From the NCBI RefSeq assembly GCF_003334765.1, contig NZ_QOWT01000017.1: 64,000 nucleotides of DNA. One strand, 5' to 3'. Positions 22,750-34,355 of this stretch are shown piece after piece. Numbering within the stretch: position 1 is the stretch's first letter; each line of letters opens with the position of its first letter. Position numbers and translations under genes: made by a program. The notes under the pieces were generated by a model, which was not told the DNA's origin, ran no database searches, and worked only from the letters and a program-made list of their open reading frames with translations. This stretch comes from Escherichia coli. Lineage in GTDB: Bacteria > Pseudomonadota > Gammaproteobacteria > Enterobacterales > Enterobacteriaceae.

Positions 22750-23946
22750 ATGCTAAAAGTGTTATTGCTCTTTGTGTTGCTGATTGCGGGGATCGTGGTT
22801 GGCCCGATGATTGCCGGCCATCAGGGTTATGTGCTGATCCAGACCGACAACTACAATATCGAAACCAGCGTCACGGGCCTGGCGATCATATTGATTCTGG
22901 CGATGGTAGTGCTGTTTGCCATTGAGTGGCTACTGCGGCGGATCTTCCGCACTGGCGCGCACACCCGTGGGTGGTTTGTCGGACGTAAGCGTCGCCGTGC
23001 ACGTAAGCAGACCGAACAGGCGCTGCTGAAACTGGCGGAAGGCGATTATCAGCAAGTTGAAAAGCTGATGGCGAAAAATGCCGATCACGCGGAACAACCG
23101 GTGGTGAACTATCTACTGGCTGCCGAAGCCGCGCAACAACGTGGTGATGAAGCACGCGCCAACCAACATCTGGAACGCGCAGCGGAGCTGGCCGGCAACG
23201 ACACCATTCCGGTAGAAATCACCCGCGTACGTCTGCAACTGGCCCGTAATGAAAACCATGCTGCACGCCACGGCGTGGATAAGCTGCTGGAAGTTACGCC
23301 ACGCCATCCGGAAGTATTACGTCTGGCGGAACAGGCGTATATCCGCACAGGTGCATGGAGTTCGCTGCTGGATATTATCCCATCAATGGCGAAAGCCCAT
23401 GTTGGTGATGAAGAACATCGTGCAATGCTGGAACAACAGGCATGGATTGGCCTGATGGATCAGGCGCGTGCCGATAACGGTAGCGAAGGTTTGCGTAACT
23501 GGTGGAAAAACCAAAGCCGGAAAACGCGTCATCAGGTAGCGTTGCAGGTGGCAATGGCGGAACATCTTATTGAATGTGACGATCATGATACTGCCCAGCA
23601 AATTATCATCGATGGCCTGAAACGCCAGTACGACGATCGCCTACTGCTGCCGATTCCTCGACTGAAAACAAACAATCCGGAACAGCTGGAAAAAGTGCTG
23701 CGCCAGCAAATCAAAAACGTCGGCGATCGCCCGCTGTTGTGGAGCACACTGGGCCAGTCACTGATGAAGCACGGAGAATGGCAGGAAGCATCGCTCGCCT
23801 TCCGCGCAGCGCTGAAACAACGTCCGGACGCCTACGATTACGCATGGCTTGCCGACGCGCTGGACAGACTGCACAAGCCGGAAGAAGCTGCAGCGATGCG
23901 TCGCGACGGTTTGATGTTAACGTTGCAGAATAACCCGCCACAGTAG
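22750..23946 (+). CDS. hemY: HemY protein (TPR-containing inner membrane protein)
   Basis: 398 aa; two N-terminal TM helices then TPR-like repeats; last gene of the hemCDXY operon. Confidence 0.92.
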   Translation: MLKVLLLFVLLIAGIVVGPMIAGHQGYVLIQTDNYNIETSVTGLAIILILAMVVLFAIEWLLRRIFRTGAHTRGWFVGRKRRRARKQTEQALLKLAEGDYQQVEKLMAKNADHAEQPVVNYLLAAEAAQQRGDEARANQHLERAAELAGNDTIPVEITRVRLQLARNENHAARHGVDKLLEVTPRHPEVLRLAEQAYIRTGAWSSLLDIIPSMAKAHVGDEEHRAMLEQQAWIGLMDQARADNGSEGLRNWWKNQSRKTRHQVALQVAMAEHLIECDDHDTAQQIIIDGLKRQYDDRLLLPIPRLKTNNPEQLEKVLRQQIKNVGDRPLLWSTLGQSLMKHGEWQEASLAFRAALKQRPDAYDYAWLADALDRLHKPEEAAAMRRDGLMLTLQNNPPQ

Positions 23947-23993
23947 TTCCTTCTCACCCGGAGGCAAGCACCTCCGGGGCCTTCCTGATACAT

Positions 23994-24200
23994 AAAAAAA
24001 CGCCTGCTCTTATTACGGAGCAGGCGTTAAAACAGGTCTGTATGACAACAAGTGGGTGCTTCACTCAACGTTGTGTCCATGGTGTCTGATGAGGCATAAG
24101 CGACATCTGTCAGTGGACGATAAGCACCGTAAACGGCTCTGCGTCATTCCGGAGTTTATGAGGCACTAAGGCGAACATAAGAGATGGAATGAGCATCTAC
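23994..24200 (-). ncRNA. glmZ: GlmZ small RNA (regulator of glmS translation)
   Basis: Reverse complement begins GTAGATGCTCATTCCATCTC... and ends in the terminator hairpin AACGCCTGCTCCGTAATAAGAGCAGGCGTTTTTTT; matches my memory of GlmZ in the hemY-aslA intergenic region. Confidence 0.88.
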
Positions 24201-24624
24201 TCGTTTATTATGCCACAGAGAATCGGGAAATAACATCCCTTAACACTTGTTATGAGATAATTCTGTAATCCTCTTTGCTTCCTGAGTAATAACTTCCTGA
24301 GTGAATATTTAACCTGAGCTTGATCCTACACATACTTATTATGAATGATAAAATTCATTCAATTAATAACACATATATTAATTGCCGTTAAAACTAAAAA
24401 CAGCATCAATAATCAACGCGATATAATAAACCTGCCTTACATATCAACTGCGCCAGAGGTAGGATTGAAAACGCTCTCCTGATTTTCCAATTCATTTTCT
24501 GGATAAATAAATAATTTATTTTTGTCACTATTATTTATGTAATCATCCTGTCAGGGAGAGGGATCTCAATTATCAATGCTTAATTACGTCATCATTTTGA
24601 TGACATGAAACCGGAGCATTTTGC

Positions 24625-26280
24625 ATGGAATTTTCGTTTTCACCCAAACGTCTTGTTGTTGCTGTCGCCGCCGCTCTTCCTCTCATGGCCAGCGCAGCAG
24701 ATACCCCGTCAACTGCCACCGCACGCAAAGGCTTTGCCGGATACGATCACCCAAACCAGTATCTGGTTAAACCGGCGACCACTATTGCCGACAATATGAT
24801 GCCAGTAATGCAGCATCCGGCGCAGGATAAAGAAACCCAGCAGAAGCTGGCAGAACTTGAGAAAAAAACCGGTAAGAAACCGAATGTGGTTGTTTTCTTG
24901 CTGGACGATGTGGGCTGGATGGACGTCGGTTTTAACGGTGGCGGCGTGGCGGTGGGTAACCCTACACCAGATATCGACGCCGTTGCCAGCCAGGGGCTGA
25001 TTTTAACTTCGGCGTATTCTCAACCAAGCTCTTCCCCAACCCGCGCCACCATTCTCACCGGACAATACTCCATCCACCACGGCATTCTGATGCCGCCAAT
25101 GTACGGGCAACCGGGCGGGCTGCAAGGGTTAACCACGCTGCCGCAGTTGCTGCACGATCAGGGCTACGTCACTCAGGCCATCGGAAAATGGCATATGGGG
25201 GAAAACAAAGAGTCGCAGCCGCAGAACGTTGGCTTTGATGATTTCCGTGGCTTTAACTCGGTGTCTGATATGTACACCGAATGGCGCGACGTTCACGTCA
25301 ATCCGGAAGTGGCCCTGAGTCCGGACCGTTCTGAATACATCAAGCAATTACCGTTCAGCAAAGATGACGTTCATGCGGTGCGCGGCGGCGAACAACAGGC
25401 CATTGCCGACATTACGCCGAAATATATGGAAGATCTGGATCAACGCTGGATGGACTATGGCGTTAAGTTCCTCGACAAGATGGCGAAGAGCGATAAACCA
25501 TTCTTCCTCTACTACGGCACTCGTGGCTGCCACTTCGATAACTACCCAAATGCGAAATATGCGGGTAGCTCTCCGGCACGCACCTCGTATGGCGACTGCA
25601 TGGTGGAGATGAACGATGTGTTCGCTAATCTGTATAAAACACTGGAGAAAAACGGTCAGCTTGATAACACGCTGATCGTCTTTACCTCCGATAACGGACC
25701 GGAAGCCGAAGTACCGCCGCACGGACGCACCCCGTTCCGTGGTGCGAAAGGTTCGACCTGGGAAGGCGGCGTTCGCGTACCGACTTTCGTTTACTGGAAA
25801 GGGATGATCCAACCGCGTAAATCTGACGGTATTGTCGATCTGGCAGATCTCTTCCCTACCGCGCTGGATCTGGCAGGGCATCCTGGAGCGAAAGTGGCGA
25901 ATTTAGTGCCGAAAACCACCTTTATCGATGGTGTGGACCAGACATCCTTCTTCCTGGGAACAAATGGTCAGTCTAACCGTAAGGCCGAGCACTACTTCCT
26001 CAACGGTAAACTCGCTGCTGTGCGTATGGATGAGTTCAAGTATCACGTCCTGATTCAGCAACCTTACGCTTATACCCAGAGCGGATATCAGGGTGGATTC
26101 ACCGGCACAGTAATGCAAACGGCGGGATCGTCGGTGTTTAACCTCTACACCGATCCGCAGGAAAGCGACTCCATCGGCGTGCGCCATATTCCGATGGGTG
26201 TACCGCTACAGACCGAAATGCACGCGTATATGGAGATCCTGAAAAAATATCCACCACGCGCGCAGATTAAATCTGACTAA
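24625..26280 (+). CDS. aslA: Arylsulfatase-family protein
   Basis: 551 aa with signal peptide; sulfatase signature [12 protein letters not shown] (Ser in place of the formylglycine-forming Cys) and LDDVGW metal-binding motif. Confidence 0.93.
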
Positions 26281-26304
26281 GCCGGCGCTATCGCTGAGAT
26301 CTGC

Positions 26305-26415
<111 letters not shown>

Positions 26416-26438
26416 CAACCGCAGGCGGCCGCCGATTT

Positions 26439-27674
26439 CTACTTACTCACCACCAGCAAATGCGCATGCATAATGTCGCTGGCCGGGCGACCGTGCGCCA
26501 GCAAATCAGCCATTGCTTTAAGATATGGCGGTAGATGGCGGAAATAACGCTGATACCCGGCACACAAATAATTCAGTCCCGGTTTGCCGCTGGCATCGAG
26601 CATGAAGCGGTGTTTCGGGCAGCCTCCCCAGCACGCTTTTAACACGTTACAACTGCGACACTGCGCCGGTAACTGCTTAAATTTATCTTCACCAAACGCC
26701 TGCTGTTGCGGGGAATCGATCATTTCTGCAATTGTTTGCTGGTGCATATTCCCCAGCCGATATTGCGGATAAACATAGTGATCACAGGCGTAAACGTCGC
26801 CGTTGTGCTCAACAATCACCGAGCGCCCACAGGTTGGCTGATGATGGCAAACCGCACCCGGCGCACCGACAAAATTGGCAAACGCCCATTCGATATTCAT
26901 CACGAAAATCTTGCCGACGTCGCGTTTGATCCAGTGGTCGAATATCGCCACCAGAAACTCACCGAACTCCTCGGGGCGCACCGACCATTCCGTTAGCTCA
27001 CCCTGAATATCACCAGGCGCATGTAACTTAAGTCCATCGCGGGCAGTTGTTTCATCAGCCAGGCGCTCGACCACCGGAATAAACTGGATGAATTCGACTC
27101 CCGCATCGCACAAAAAATCATATACCTGCAACGGTTGCTGCGCGCTGGTGCGATTAACGCAGACCAGCACGTTATAGTCGACATGATGTTTTTGCAGGAG
27201 CGTCAGGGCACGCATCACCAGCTTATGCGTGGGTCTGCCACCTTTAGTCACGCGATATTGATTGTGGATCTCAGGCGGGCCATCCAGCGATAAACCAACA
27301 AGAAAATGATGCTCCGCGAGAAACGCGCACCATTCGTCATCCAGCAGCACGCCGTTAGTCTGGAAGCTGTTACTTATCTTCCTGCCAGCACCATATTTCG
27401 CCTGTAGCGCTACGGCACGGCGGTAAAACGCCAGCCCGAGTAGCGTTGGTTCGCCGCCCTGCCAGGTAAAAGCCACTTCGTTTTGCGGTTCGCTGGCAGC
27501 GATATAGTGACGGACATACGCTTCCAGCGTGTCATCGTCCATATGCGTGACTGGCTTTTCGCGGTAAAGGGATTGTTTTTCGAGATAAAAACAGTAGTCA
27601 CAGTTCAGATTACAATCGGAACCGCTCGGTTTCGCCATCACATGAAAAGCACGCGTTGGAACCTGTTGCAGCAT
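26439..27674 (-). CDS. aslB: Anaerobic sulfatase-maturating enzyme (radical SAM)
   Basis: 411 aa from ATG (complement 27672-27674) MLQQVPTRAFHVMAKPSGSDCNLNCDYCFY, with CxxxCxxC radical-SAM motif; the track ORF begins 10 codons upstream at a TTG. Confidence 0.9.
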   Translation of the reverse strand: MLQQVPTRAFHVMAKPSGSDCNLNCDYCFYLEKQSLYREKPVTHMDDDTLEAYVRHYIAASEPQNEVAFTWQGGEPTLLGLAFYRRAVALQAKYGAGRKISNSFQTNGVLLDDEWCAFLAEHHFLVGLSLDGPPEIHNQYRVTKGGRPTHKLVMRALTLLQKHHVDYNVLVCVNRTSAQQPLQVYDFLCDAGVEFIQFIPVVERLADETTARDGLKLHAPGDIQGELTEWSVRPEEFGEFLVAIFDHWIKRDVGKIFVMNIEWAFANFVGAPGAVCHHQPTCGRSVIVEHNGDVYACDHYVYPQYRLGNMHQQTIAEMIDSPQQQAFGEDKFKQLPAQCRSCNVLKACWGGCPKHRFMLDASGKPGLNYLCAGYQRYFRHLPPYLKAMADLLAHGRPASDIMHAHLLVVSK

Positions 27675-27790
27675 GGTCGCTCCTTGCCTGAAGTCATCCT
27701 TCAATACGTTAAGGGCGAAATCATACCGTGGGGCAATGAGTTATTACGGGCGTTTATTGCGAAGGGAGGGTGACGAAATGCACAGAAAAC

Positions 27791-27820
27791 AAAAAACCCC
27801 GCCGAAGCGGGGTTCAAAAT
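27791..27820 (-). terminator. Intrinsic terminator of the argX-hisR-leuT-proM operon
   Basis: Reverse complement ATTTTGAACCCCGCTTCGGCGGGGTTTTTTGTTTT: GC stem with T-run. Confidence 0.8.
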
Positions 27821-27897
27821 TGGTCGGCGAGAGAGGATTCGAACCTCCGACCCACTGGTCCCAAACCAGTTGCGCTACCAAGCTGCGCTACTCGCCG
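27821..27897 (-). tRNA. proM: tRNA-Pro (UGG)
   Basis: Reverse complement CGGCGAGTAGCGCAGCTTGGTAGCGCAACTGGTTTGGGACCAGTGGGTCGGAGGTTCGAATCCTCTCTCGCCGACCA. Confidence 0.95.
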
Positions 27898-27939
27898 AAA
27901 TACTGCTTTTTGAATTTTTAGTTCAATTCTTTAAAGTCG

Positions 27940-28026
27940 TGGTGCGAGGGGGGGGACTTGAACCCCCACGTCCGTAAGGACACTAACACCTGAAGCTAGC
28001 GCGTCTACCAATTCCGCCACCTTCGC
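27940..28026 (-). tRNA. leuT: tRNA-Leu (CAG)
   Basis: Reverse complement GCGAAGGTGGCGGAATTGGTAGACGCGCTAGCTTCAGGTGTTAGTGTCCTTACGGACGTGGGGGTTCAAGTCCCCCCCCTCGCACCA (87 nt, long variable arm). Confidence 0.95.
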
Positions 28027-28046
28027 ATTGTCACAACTTCTAATAA

Positions 28047-28123
28047 TGGGGTGGCTAATGGGATTCGAACCCACGACAACTGGAATCACAATCCAGGGCT
28101 CTACCAACTGAGCTATAGCCACC
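28047..28123 (-). tRNA. hisR: tRNA-His (GUG)
   Basis: Reverse complement GGTGGCTATAGCTCAGTTGGTAGAGCCCTGGATTGTGATTCCAGTTGTCGTGGGTTCGAATCCCATTAGCCACCCCA, with the extra 5' G typical of tRNA-His. Confidence 0.95.
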
Positions 28124-28180
28124 ACTACAAATCTTGTTACGCGGTATTACTACCACCGCAGCTCAAGCGCCGGGACTAAA

Positions 28181-28257
<77 letters not shown>

Positions 28258-28359
28258 TTAGCGCCGTTTCGGGGGTGGATAATACGGACTTCCCACCCCT
28301 CTGTCTAGTCCCTTTTTAAATAAATTGCGCGTTTGGTTACGGTTTGTGCGTTTTGCTGC

Positions 28360-29745
28360 TTATTCCTCCAGTTTATGCGCTTTCCCGTGGCGATTAAGGC
28401 CAAAAACTTTATAAATCGCCGTCACCGCCAGCATAAAGATGATGCCAACAAACAGCGACATACGCGTATCTTCATTAAAGTACATGCCGATCAAAACGCA
28501 AATCAGGAATGCCATTGTTACGTAATTGGCCCACGGGAACAGGATTGAGCGGAACGGATGGCTGGCAATCGCCGCTTTATGTGCACGCCGAAAACGCAGC
28601 TGGCTTATCAATATCACAAACCATGGCACCATCCCCGGAAGCACGCTGGCACTGTAGACGTAGACAAACACACGCTGCGGATTGGGAATGATGTAGTTCA
28701 GGCATGAGCCAATTAGCAGAATAGCAATAGATACTGCCACACCCGCAACCGGTACGCCGTGACGGGAAACTTTCGCCATTGCCGCCGGTAACTGACGGTT
28801 TTTCGCCAGTGCGTAGAGCATACGTCCGCAACTGTACATGCCGCTGTTACAGCCAGAGAGCGCAGCCGTCAGCACCACAAAGTTGATAATGCCCGCCGCT
28901 GCGGTAATACCGATTTTGGCAAAAGTCAGTACGAACGGGCTGCCGTTGCTGCCTATTTCATTCCACGGGAAGATGGTGACGATAACGAAAATCGCGCCTA
29001 CGTAGAAAATCAGGATCCGCCACAGCACCTTGCCTACGGCACTGCGCAGCGTCACCTGCGGATTCTTCGCTTCACCGGCAGTAATGCCAATCAGCTCCAC
29101 GCCCTGGTAGGACGCCACCACAATACACAGAGCGGTCAGGAACCCTTTCCAGCCACCCGCAAAGAAACCGCCATGCTCTGTGAGATTGCTAAAACCAATC
29201 GACTGCCCGCCATTGCCAAAGCCAAAGAAAATCACGCCCAGGCCAATGACAATCATCACGATAATCGTGGTGACTTTGATCATCGCGAACCAGAACTCGA
29301 TTTCGCCGTACAACCGCACCGCCGCCAGATTCGCCAACGCCACCAGCGCCACTGCGATCAATGCGGGTATCCACTGCGCCATCTCCGGGAACCAGAACTG
29401 GACATAAACGCCAATGGCGGTGATTTCAGAGATCCCCACCGCCATCCACATAAACCAGTAAGACCAGGCGGTGAGATAGCCAAAGAACGGGCTCATATAA
29501 CGATGCGCATAAACGGCGAACGAACCGGTAACCGGTTCGAGGAACAACATTTCGCCCATTGAACGCATGATGAAAAAGACGAACAGCCCGGCGATGATAT
29601 AGGCCAACAATACGGATGGCCCGGCCCATTTCAGGGTACTGGCGGCCCCCATAAACAGGCCGACGCCAATGGTGCCCCCCAGGGCGATGAGTTCGATATG
29701 TCGAGCTTCCAGCCCACGCTGTAGCTCTGGTTTGTTATCTGCCAT
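28360..29745 (-). CDS. yifK: APC-family amino acid permease
   Basis: 461 aa, 12-TM amino acid permease architecture. Confidence 0.88.
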
Positions 29746-29879
29746 AAATCCTCGTGTTGTGTTTGCATGCTTTCCGGTGTTACCGGTTATCGTTATGGGT
29801 ACATCGAGTGTTGCAAATGTTTTCGTAATTCAGGAGAAATGGCAAATAAAGCATTAAAAATTTGAATGCTTTGTGTAAT

Positions 29880-29917
29880 AAAAAAGCAGACAGGCGACGG
29901 AGTGACCACTCCGTCGC
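29880..29917 (-). terminator. Intrinsic terminator downstream of wecG (end of the ECA operon)
   Basis: Reverse complement GCGACGGAGTGGTCACTCCGTCGC stem followed by CTGTCTGCTTTTTTATT. Confidence 0.75.
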
Positions 29918-29935
29918 TTTACAAAGAGAGGAAAA

Positions 29936-30676
29936 TCATAGGTTGCCGGTGTAGTGCCAGCGTAAATAACGCAGCAAACGAAGCTGACGCTTAATGCGGC
30001 TCGGCTGCGAAAGCAGGCGGTAGAGCCACTCCAGCCCCAGCGTTTGCCAGATTTTCGGTGCGCGTTTTACGTGACCGGTGAAAACATCGTAAGTCCCGCC
30101 AACGCCCATATACAGCGCATCTGGATGTACCAGACGGCAGTCGCGCATGATGATCTCCTGCTTTGGCGATCCCATCGCAACGGTGACGATTTGCGCACCG
30201 CTGGCATGAATGCGTTCAAACAGCGCCTGACGCTGCTCGGGTTTAAAATAACCATCCTGACTGCCAACGATATTCACATTCCACTGGTTGCGCAGTTTAG
30301 CTTCAGTTTGCGCCAGCACTTCAGGTTTACCGCCCACAAGAAATACCGGCGTCCCTTCTTTGCCTGCGCGCGCCATCAGCTCTTCCCAGAGATCGGCACC
30401 GGCAACGCGGGAAACCTGCGCCTGCGGGTACTTTTTACGTACTGAACGTACAACGCTGATGCCATCCGCATATTTAAATTCGGCAGCGTTAATTAACTCC
30501 CTGACCTCGGCGTTATCTTCAATAGTCAGCATTTTTTCAGCATTAATGGCAACCAGCGTTCCCTGCTTAAGCTGCCCGTCAGCAAACAGATAATCGAGGG
30601 CGTGCTGCATATCACGCCAACCAATCAACTGTAAGCCACGCAGCGTATAGGTTGGTGCCGTGGTGTTGTTATTCAT
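29936..30676 (-). CDS. wecG: UDP-N-acetyl-D-mannosaminuronic acid transferase (ECA lipid II synthesis)
   Basis: 246 aa WecB/TagA/CpsF-family glycosyltransferase; last gene of the ECA cluster. Confidence 0.9.
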   Translation of the reverse strand: MNNNTTAPTYTLRGLQLIGWRDMQHALDYLFADGQLKQGTLVAINAEKMLTIEDNAEVRELINAAEFKYADGISVVRSVRKKYPQAQVSRVAGADLWEELMARAGKEGTPVFLVGGKPEVLAQTEAKLRNQWNVNIVGSQDGYFKPEQRQALFERIHASGAQIVTVAMGSPKQEIIMRDCRLVHPDALYMGVGGTYDVFTGHVKRAPKIWQTLGLEWLYRLLSQPSRIKRQLRLLRYLRWHYTGNL

Positions 30677-30678
30677 TG

Positions 30679-32031
30679 TTATCCTTCAACCTGCGTCCGG
30701 AGCGATGATTTTGTACGTTTATGAATGAGTCCGGCGCTTTCAAAAAGCCAGTACAACAGTTTTGCGATCATCAGACATGCGCCGAAGACCACGATAAAAA
30801 AGACCACGCGTGAGACAAACGAATCCAGCCCTTCACGCGCCAGCACGATCATATTGAAGATCGCCCCAAAGCAGAAACTGTGCAATATCGCAGCTTTATA
30901 GCGATTAGGCTCGCGGTTGCCCAGCTCATACAGCCAGTCGAACCATTTGATGATCAGACCAACCACGATCGCCCCGAGCGGGATGAACAACGCGCCGCCC
31001 ATCACCACCAGTGAGCCTATAAGCGTAGGCGAGATCGCCAGTCCGGAGTGGTTATTCAGCACTTCCCAGGTAAAGTAGTTGGCTGAGTTCAGCACCATAC
31101 TCGGGCGACCCGGCCACAGCCAGGAAGGGATAAAGACATAGAAATCGCGGACAATTGGAGCCAGGCCCTGGAAGTCGATGTTGTCGTAGTTCTGCAACAG
31201 CAACGCCAGATTCTCCCACGGCGAGAAGGTGTCGCGAGTGAGATAGAGAAACGTATAGAACGCTTCATCGCCGCTCACATTCATTCCATAGCGTTTTAGT
31301 GCCAGCCAGAACATGCCAACAATCCCCAGCACGCCCGCCGCCGCCAGCATCCACAACGAAATCCAGCCGCGAATAATGCCAATAAACAGGAAGATAGCGA
31401 ATGCGATGATGATATTGGCGCGAGTGCCGCCGACAATCATATAAGTCAGCAAGCCAAAGGCGACCGTGCTGACGAGGAAAAACAGCCACGCTTTGCTGTC
31501 CTGGCGCAGAAAGTAGACCACCAGCATCGCCGGGATGAAAAAGTAAAAGAAGCGTTTTAACGCCACGCCGGAGACTTCACTGGAAAAGATCTGACTGTAG
31601 GAGTTAAGCCGGAACAGCAAAAAGCCGTTGTGCATGAAGAAGATGCCGACGCTTACCAGCGCGATACCCATCAGGATCACCCACGTAAGATTGGTCTCCA
31701 CGCGGTTCATGGTAAACAGCGGACGGCGCGGTACATCAGCAACGCGTTTGCGTAGGCGGGTTTTGTAGGTGACATAGTAAACCGCGTAGAAGCAGCCCGC
31801 AGAAAGCAACGCCTGCAACAAGATTTCTGGCGGCGCGACACCAACATCAAAGCGAAATACCAGCACGCTGGTCAGCGGGAAGCCGAAGAAAAAGGTGAGC
31901 AAAAACAGCAATGAAAAGAAGACATTGAAGTTAAAGCGCACACGGCGAAACTCAAACCAGGTCAGCGTGGCAATAAACAGCGTGCAGAGCAGCCAGACAA
32001 CAAACAGGCCACTGAATTGCAGCAGACTCAT
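30679..32031 (-). CDS. wzyE: ECA polymerase
   Basis: 450 aa polytopic membrane protein in the ECA cluster. Confidence 0.88.
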   Translation of the reverse strand: MSLLQFSGLFVVWLLCTLFIATLTWFEFRRVRFNFNVFFSLLFLLTFFFGFPLTSVLVFRFDVGVAPPEILLQALLSAGCFYAVYYVTYKTRLRKRVADVPRRPLFTMNRVETNLTWVILMGIALVSVGIFFMHNGFLLFRLNSYSQIFSSEVSGVALKRFFYFFIPAMLVVYFLRQDSKAWLFFLVSTVAFGLLTYMIVGGTRANIIIAFAIFLFIGIIRGWISLWMLAAAGVLGIVGMFWLALKRYGMNVSGDEAFYTFLYLTRDTFSPWENLALLLQNYDNIDFQGLAPIVRDFYVFIPSWLWPGRPSMVLNSANYFTWEVLNNHSGLAISPTLIGSLVVMGGALFIPLGAIVVGLIIKWFDWLYELGNREPNRYKAAILHSFCFGAIFNMIVLAREGLDSFVSRVVFFIVVFGACLMIAKLLYWLFESAGLIHKRTKSSLRTQVEG

Positions 32032-33107
32032 GCGACCTCCCCGGCGGCAATCGCCAACGCCCGCTGCCAGCCTTGTAGATAGTTAGGGCTAAAGAAGGCA
32101 ATGGTGTTTTTATCCACCGACGCCAACTGGCGCTGCGCTTCACGCACAATATCCTCGTTGAGATCGTCGGTAGTAAACAGCACCGGCAAATGTTGTTCCG
32201 TCATATCCTGCCAGAACGGATTTTCCCGGTTAAGCACACAAGGAATGCCCGCCTGAATCAGTAAGCACAGCGTACCAATGCCCTGCTGGCGGGCAAAAAT
32301 AAAGTAACCAAGATCGCACTGACGAAGTAGCGCCAGATAGGCGTCAAATTCCAGTTTTTCGCTCAGAATTTGTAGATTTTCTTCGCTGAATAACTCCAGC
32401 CCCGCCTGACGAACTTCCTCAATGTACGCTTCGTTATTAGGCGGATATCCCATCGGCACCACCACTTTTACCGTATCGCCAAATTGCTGATGAACGGCGC
32501 GCAAGGCAGCAATATGCTCATTGCTGCGGTCGCCGGAGTTCCCCACCAGAATGGTCATTTTCCCTTCACGTTGCCGATCGTTCGCCATCGTATTGAGCGA
32601 AGGGTCCATCCGCGTCGGGAAGAACAGCAGTTCGCCCCGCACCTTTGGGTGCGTTTTGGCAAAAAAGCTCAAATCGCCGCGGGTGGCAAATACACAGCCG
32701 ACTCGCTTTTGCGCCAGGCGACGTAGTGGGTAAAAAAGCTTATATCTCAAGCCACTGGAAAGCTCATACAGGTCTGCCCCCCAGATATGCCAGAAAAACT
32801 GGCTGGGCTTAATGCCACCACTCAGCAGAGCCAGCCACAGTGTGGGATTGAACTGACCGTGGAAGAAAAAACGCTGCTGACGGTTAGCTTTTGCTTTCGC
32901 GATGACCGCTTCCGCCAGCGATTTTTTCCCAGGGAAAAATTGCACAGAAAGCGCCGGACAGCTATCACTTAAGCCGTCGTCCTTGCCAACAACCATAAAC
33001 TCGCGCGCGTGCTCGCTCGTCGCGGCCAGCGCGTCATTGAAAAACCGCAAAACGGTTCGGTTATGGTGAGGGATATCCGATCCCAGTACGTGAATCAGTA
33101 CAGTCAT
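32028..33107 (-). CDS. wecF: TDP-N-acetylfucosamine:lipid II N-acetylfucosaminyltransferase
   Basis: 359 aa; 4-nt overlaps with both neighbours. Confidence 0.88.
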   Translation of the reverse strand: MTVLIHVLGSDIPHHNRTVLRFFNDALAATSEHAREFMVVGKDDGLSDSCPALSVQFFPGKKSLAEAVIAKAKANRQQRFFFHGQFNPTLWLALLSGGIKPSQFFWHIWGADLYELSSGLRYKLFYPLRRLAQKRVGCVFATRGDLSFFAKTHPKVRGELLFFPTRMDPSLNTMANDRQREGKMTILVGNSGDRSNEHIAALRAVHQQFGDTVKVVVPMGYPPNNEAYIEEVRQAGLELFSEENLQILSEKLEFDAYLALLRQCDLGYFIFARQQGIGTLCLLIQAGIPCVLNRENPFWQDMTEQHLPVLFTTDDLNEDIVREAQRQLASVDKNTIAFFSPNYLQGWQRALAIAAGEVA

Positions 33108-34354
33108 GCCCGCCTACGCCAGAGTAAAAACACGCCACAACAAAGAGAAAAATAGACGATATAAGTTGCCATATATGCCTGCGCCGCGCCCAGTGCACCA
33201 TGCGCAGGGATTAGCCAGTGGGCAAATACCATCAATAAAGTGAACTGGCTGACTTCCGCCAGAATATAAAACCGCAGTGACGCTTTGGCGATCACCAGAT
33301 AACCAAAGACATAAGCGCCCACTTTTAACACATCACCCACTAACTGCCAGGCAAAGAGATCGCGCATAGCGGTAAATTTATTCGACAACAGCAGCCAGAT
33401 AGCAAAATCACGCAGCAGCCAGACGGTAAAACTCGCCGCCGCCACTGCCGGTAAGACGAATTTCAGCGATTTAACCACTTCCCGGGTGATATCGCGCTTT
33501 TCCGTTAGCCGCGACAACGTGGGCAGCAAATATACGCTGAACGATGCCGTAATAAATTGCAGGTAGGCATCGGAAATACTGCTCACCCCTTGCCAGATCC
33601 CCACCTCATCCCAGCTATACTGCGCCGCCAGCAGTTTACGCATCATGATGTAAGCAACAGGCAAGGTCACCGACGTAATCAACGCCATGAGCGTAAATTT
33701 GCTCAACTGCCCTGCCAGACCGTTATCCCAGCTGGGTTTCAGATAGCTTAACGGGATGACACCACGTTTGATCAACATGATGGCGGCAGGAATTACCACC
33801 AGCGCGGGAATCAGCGCCAGACCCAGCAACGCCCCTTCATAACCGCCCAAACGGTAACTGACGTAGTACGCGAGAACGCCAATCAAGCTGCCGACAATCA
33901 GCGATAACGCATTACCTGCGGCATCGCGAAAGCCTTTCATCAGCGCCAGTAACAGGTTGCCCCAGGCGATCCCCATTTGCACCAGCGCCACTAAACGCAC
34001 CAGCCCCTGATAGTCGGTATTACCAAACAATCCCTGGCTGATTGGCGCAGCTGCCAGCACAAAAACCAGCGCCATCAGCGTAGAGAAACCAAGTACCATC
34101 GCTGATGAAGTGCCGACCACGCGGCGCAGCTGTTGCGGATTATCATGGTACTGGGCAACGTATTTGGTTACACCGTTAAAGATGCCAGCCCCGGCAAGCA
34201 CGCCGAGCACGGTAATCAACTGGCGGAAATTTGCCGCCAGCCCAAGCCCCGCCGGACCAAATGACACCGCCAGCAACTTACCGACCAGTAACCCGGCACC
34301 AATCTTGACCAGTGTACTGGCCGCCGTCCACAAGGACGCTTTTGCCAACGACAT
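33104..34354 (-). CDS. wzxE: ECA lipid III flippase
   Basis: 416 aa, 12-TM Wzx-type flippase. Confidence 0.88.
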   Translation of the reverse strand: MSLAKASLWTAASTLVKIGAGLLVGKLLAVSFGPAGLGLAANFRQLITVLGVLAGAGIFNGVTKYVAQYHDNPQQLRRVVGTSSAMVLGFSTLMALVFVLAAAPISQGLFGNTDYQGLVRLVALVQMGIAWGNLLLALMKGFRDAAGNALSLIVGSLIGVLAYYVSYRLGGYEGALLGLALIPALVVIPAAIMLIKRGVIPLSYLKPSWDNGLAGQLSKFTLMALITSVTLPVAYIMMRKLLAAQYSWDEVGIWQGVSSISDAYLQFITASFSVYLLPTLSRLTEKRDITREVVKSLKFVLPAVAAASFTVWLLRDFAIWLLLSNKFTAMRDLFAWQLVGDVLKVGAYVFGYLVIAKASLRFYILAEVSQFTLLMVFAHWLIPAHGALGAAQAYMATYIVYFSLCCGVFLLWRRRA

Positions 34355-34355
34355 A

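Noticed and set aside
23956-23980. Inverted repeat CCCGGAGG-N6-CCTCCGGG after hemY as an intrinsic terminator
   Set aside because: GC-rich stem is present but there is no following U-run on the plus strand, so it is not called as a feature; it may still act as part of the hemY 3' end or the glmZ terminator context.
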